NCBI GenBank assembly: GCA_950097015.1
Contig: CATNEN010000001.1
Span: forward strand, 18,848,001 to 18,912,000
Direction of reading: 5' to 3'
Length of the DNA: 64,000 bases
Origin: Macrostomum hystrix
Lineage: Eukaryota; Animalia; Platyhelminthes
Shown: piece after piece, positions 60,431-64,000 of the stretch
Layout: every line of letters starts with the position of its first letter
Numbering within the stretch: position 1 is the first letter of the stretch
Made by a program: the position numbers and the translations under genes
Notes under the pieces: model-generated
Database searches by the model: none
What the model saw: only the letters and a program-made list of their open reading frames with translations
What the model was told of the DNA's origin: nothing

Positions 60431-60997
60431 GACGATTTTACTTCTTTAAAACGAAAATTTACAAAAAATCATAGCAGCGCATTTGCTACTATAAGTAAGT
60501 GCAGTAAAGTTAAGTATATTACAATACACTTTTATTGGGTATCTCAACACAATACACAACCGTTTGTGCTCCGTCATGTTCCTGGAGTGAGCTTCATTGT
60601 TTTTTTGCCAAATCATGTTCCAAAAAGAGAGCTTTAGCCTTTCTCTTAGTCTTCTCTGGCTAGATTGATTATTACACTAGTAGGATTAGTACCAGCTGCA
60701 TAGTTAATTTGCCTGTGTAGGCCAGTACCGTCAGGTTGAGGTAAGTTTCTTAAAGTGCGAAGGCAGAAGCTCTTTACAAAGTCATCCAACTGCCTCTTTC
60801 CGGCCTTTTGTATCATTTCTCTCTTTCCCGTTTCTAATTCACTCACACCTGCAACTAATCAATCGATACCATGGCAACCGCTACTTGGCACGGGGTTTCA
60901 CACCTATCTACAATGACTGCGGCAGTTATAGAGGCTAACTTGCCTCCAAAGCTAGTTAAAATTTATTATAGCGTAGTATTTTAACCAATAAATAAAA

Positions 60998-62552
60998 ATG
61001 GAAGCATCAACACCTGTCAATTGAAGCGTCGATACTTACCGAAACGATCGACGCTTCCATTGTCAATTATCGACGCTTCCATCGTTAAGTATCAACGCTT
61101 CCATCGACAGGTATCGACGCTTCCATCCTTAAGTATCAACGCTTCCATCGACAGGTATCGACGCTTCCATCGTTAAGTATCGACCTTCCATCGTTAAGTA
61201 TCGACCTTCCTCGTTAAGTATCAACGCTTCCATCGACAGGTATCGACGCTTCCATCGTTAAGTATCAACGCTTCCATCGACAGGTATCGACGCTTCCATC
61301 CTTAAGTATCAACGCTTCCATCGACAGGTATCGACGCTTCCATCGTTAAGTATCAACGCTTCCATCGACAGGTATCGACGCTTCCATAGTTAAGTATCAA
61401 CACTTCCATCGACAGGTATCGACGCTTCCATCGTTAAGTATCGACGCTTCCATCGTTAAGTATCAACGCTTCCATCGACAGGTATCGACGCTTCCATAGT
61501 TAAGTATCAACACTTCCATCGACAGGTATCGACGCTTCCATCGTTAAGTATCAACGCTTCCATCGACAGGTATCGACGCTTCCATCGTTAAGTATCAACG
61601 CTTCCATCGACAGGTATCGACGCTTCCATCGTTAAGTATCAACGCTTCCATCGACAGGTATCGACGCTTCCATCGTTAAGTATCAACGCTTCCATCGACA
61701 GGTATCGACGCTTCCATCGACAGGAATCGACGCTTCCATCGACAGGTATCGACGCTTCCATCGTTAAGTATCAACGCTTCCATCGACAGGTATCGACGCT
61801 TCCATAGTTAAGTATCAACGCTTCCATCGACAGGTATCGACGCTTCCATCGTTAAGTATCAACGCTTCCATCGACAGGTATCGACGCTTCCATCGACAGG
61901 AATCGACGCTTCCATCGACAGGTATCGACGCTTCCATCGTTAAGTATCAACGCTTCCATCGACAGGTATCAACGCTTCCATCGACAGGAATCGACGCTTC
62001 CATCGACAGGTATCGACGCTTCCATCGTTAAGTATCAACGCTTCCATCGACAGGTATCGACGCTTCCATAGTTAAGTATCAACGCTTCCATCGACAGGTA
62101 TCGACGCTTCCATCGTTAAGTATCAACGCTTCCATCGACAGGTATCGACGCTTCCATCGTTAAGTATCAAAGCTTCCATCGACAGGTATCGACGCTTCCA
62201 TCGTTAAGTATCAACGCTTCCATCGACAGGTATCGACGCTTCCATCGTTAAGTATCAACGCTTCCATCGACAGGTATCGACGCTTCCATAGTTAAGTATC
62301 AACGCTTCCATCGACAGGTATCGACGCTTCCATCGTTAAGTATCAACGCTTCCATCGACAGGTATCGACGCTTCCATCGACAGGAATCAACGCTTCCATC
62401 GACAGGAATCGACGCTTCCATCGTTAAGTATCAACGCTTCCATCGACAGGTATCGACGCTTCCATCGACAGGAATCAACGCTTCCATCGACAGGTATCGA
62501 CGCTTCCATCGTTAAGTATCGACCTTCCTCGTTATATCGTCGCTTCCATCGT
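60998..62552. repeat. 22-bp minisatellite with two alternating variants (44-bp dimer)
   Basis: Alternating tatcgacgcttccatcgttaag and tatcaacgcttccatcgacagg. Confidence 0.97.
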
Positions 62553-63335
62553 CTAGATACCAGAAATTTACTATTTACTATTCAAGCTCGAATAAGCATT
62601 GAAGCCACAAAGCCAAAAATGTTAAAAGAATATATACGCTCGTATATTGCAAACGCAAACTCGTTGATCAATTTTCGCATTTTAAACAGAATGATAATAG
62701 CAGATAAAATAAAGAGATGTGTTCTGTTTATTCTCGTTTTGCAGCATTTTAATATAACAAACACAGCATTGTTACGAAGCAGAGTTTTAGAGAGTTTCAA
62801 GAGAAAAAATGCATGTCTTGAACGTCTCTTAGGCTGGTAAATGTGTTGTAATTAATTTTTAACAAAGAGCAAGACTACCAATGCACTTGCTTATCCCGGG
62901 TGGTTGAATGTGCAAATCGTAACAAATAGCTTTCAGTCGAATGCATTTCAAGCAAAAAAGCACCGACGTCATTAGAATTTGCAAACCTTAGGATATTTAC
63001 GCAGCGCTTGAAGTGCAACTTCCCATGGAAGTTAAATTGCAGTTTCCTGCAGGGATTTACGAATAAAATGTACGTTTTGTGTCGTCTAAAAACTCGGACT
63101 TTAAGCTAAAACTACCTGTCTTATATTCAAACAATCCAAAACATACTTAAAACTTGCCTAAAATAAGGCGAGCTGAAATAAAGTTCTCTGGGTTCATTTT
63201 GTCCATGTACGAGCGTATCTTGAGTATTGTTTAAAAGTAAAGCCAATGATTACATAACGCTTAATTGTTCGAGTCGTAAATAGAGTTTGAAAATATAATC
63301 TTTCACAATGTTAATAGTGGCACACTCTTGTTCAC

Positions 63336-63679
63336 TTAGACCACCTTGTTCTTGTTCTTGCGACACAGGTGCACAGAGAAGTCCAAGATTAGAACCTGAA
63401 AGATGATATTGAAATGCACATTTTGTAGAGAGCGGTGACAGACAGAGCTGATATACAGAGAAATTCTATCGTAGCAGTAAACAAGACGGGAGAAACTGAC
63501 CTGGAGCAGAATAATGGCTGCGGTTCCCAGGGCGGCATAGACGATGTTGACCTGCACGACGGTGTCGATGAGATTGTAGCAGCCGATGTTCCAGTTGGAA
63601 TAGACGGCGTTTGTGTGGTTGGTCTGCAGACAGGCACTTATGTTGGTCGTCTTGCAGCAGGTCAGCGGGTAGGCTATTG
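63336..63679 (-). CDS. Tetraspanin, last two exons (63679-63501, 63395-63336); the rest lies beyond the window
   Basis: EC2 motifs YPLTCC...C...GC, TM4 VYAALGTAAIILLQ|VLILDFSVHLC and a short basic tail. Phase-0 GT-AG intron. Confidence 0.82.
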
Positions 63680-64000
63680 CTGAAAACAATTGTGTTCTTT
63701 GTTGAATTGCGTCACGGATATTCTGACCCAGATAAATAAATAATCTAAATAACTAGATTTTCTGAAAAGTTTCCGATTAATATTGTTTCATATCCCTCAT
63801 TCTAAGAACTTGCGTTGTCCGCCTTGGAAATATGAACTTGGAAAAATTAAAATATTTCCCGGAAAACGACACTTTTTCCAAGAAACTTAATTTTATTCTA
63901 TTGTGCTATTAGTTTTCTCCGAAATTATAGTTTTCTCCGAGTACCTTTATGCAATATTGTAATCTTACGGTTATAGTAGGCTCCGCTGTAGTTGACGTAT

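Overview
Eukaryotic (animal) genomic DNA, most likely a free-living flatworm such as Macrostomum (inferred from polyQ-rich proteins, a two-domain p40-type sHSP and extreme minisatellite density). I reconstructed these genes by hand with phase-consistent GT-AG introns: an ERG/KCNH2-type K+ channel (+, 9 exons, 7251-15288), the ParaHox gene Gsx (-), a two-alpha-crystallin-domain small HSP (+), a very divergent TRPV-like channel (-), the serine palmitoyltransferase small subunit (-), a highly divergent p53-family gene (+, 5 exons), CARNMT1 (-) and the 3' end of a tetraspanin (-). Mobile DNA includes the 3' half of an intact RT-RNase H LINE, a decayed RTE-like RT, three copies of a structured tRNA-derived SINE, an internally deleted Helitron with a nested hAT MITE, and a second hAT MITE. 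About 30 different minisatellites are present, mostly close to exon boundaries, and most long ORFs in the supplied track are artefacts of them. The best leads are the p53 homologue with rewired Zn and DNA-contact residues, the exon-hugging minisatellite architecture (one array appears to be exonised), the divergent TRPV-like channel and candidate trans-splice/operon signals. No prokaryotic-type system such as CRISPR is present.
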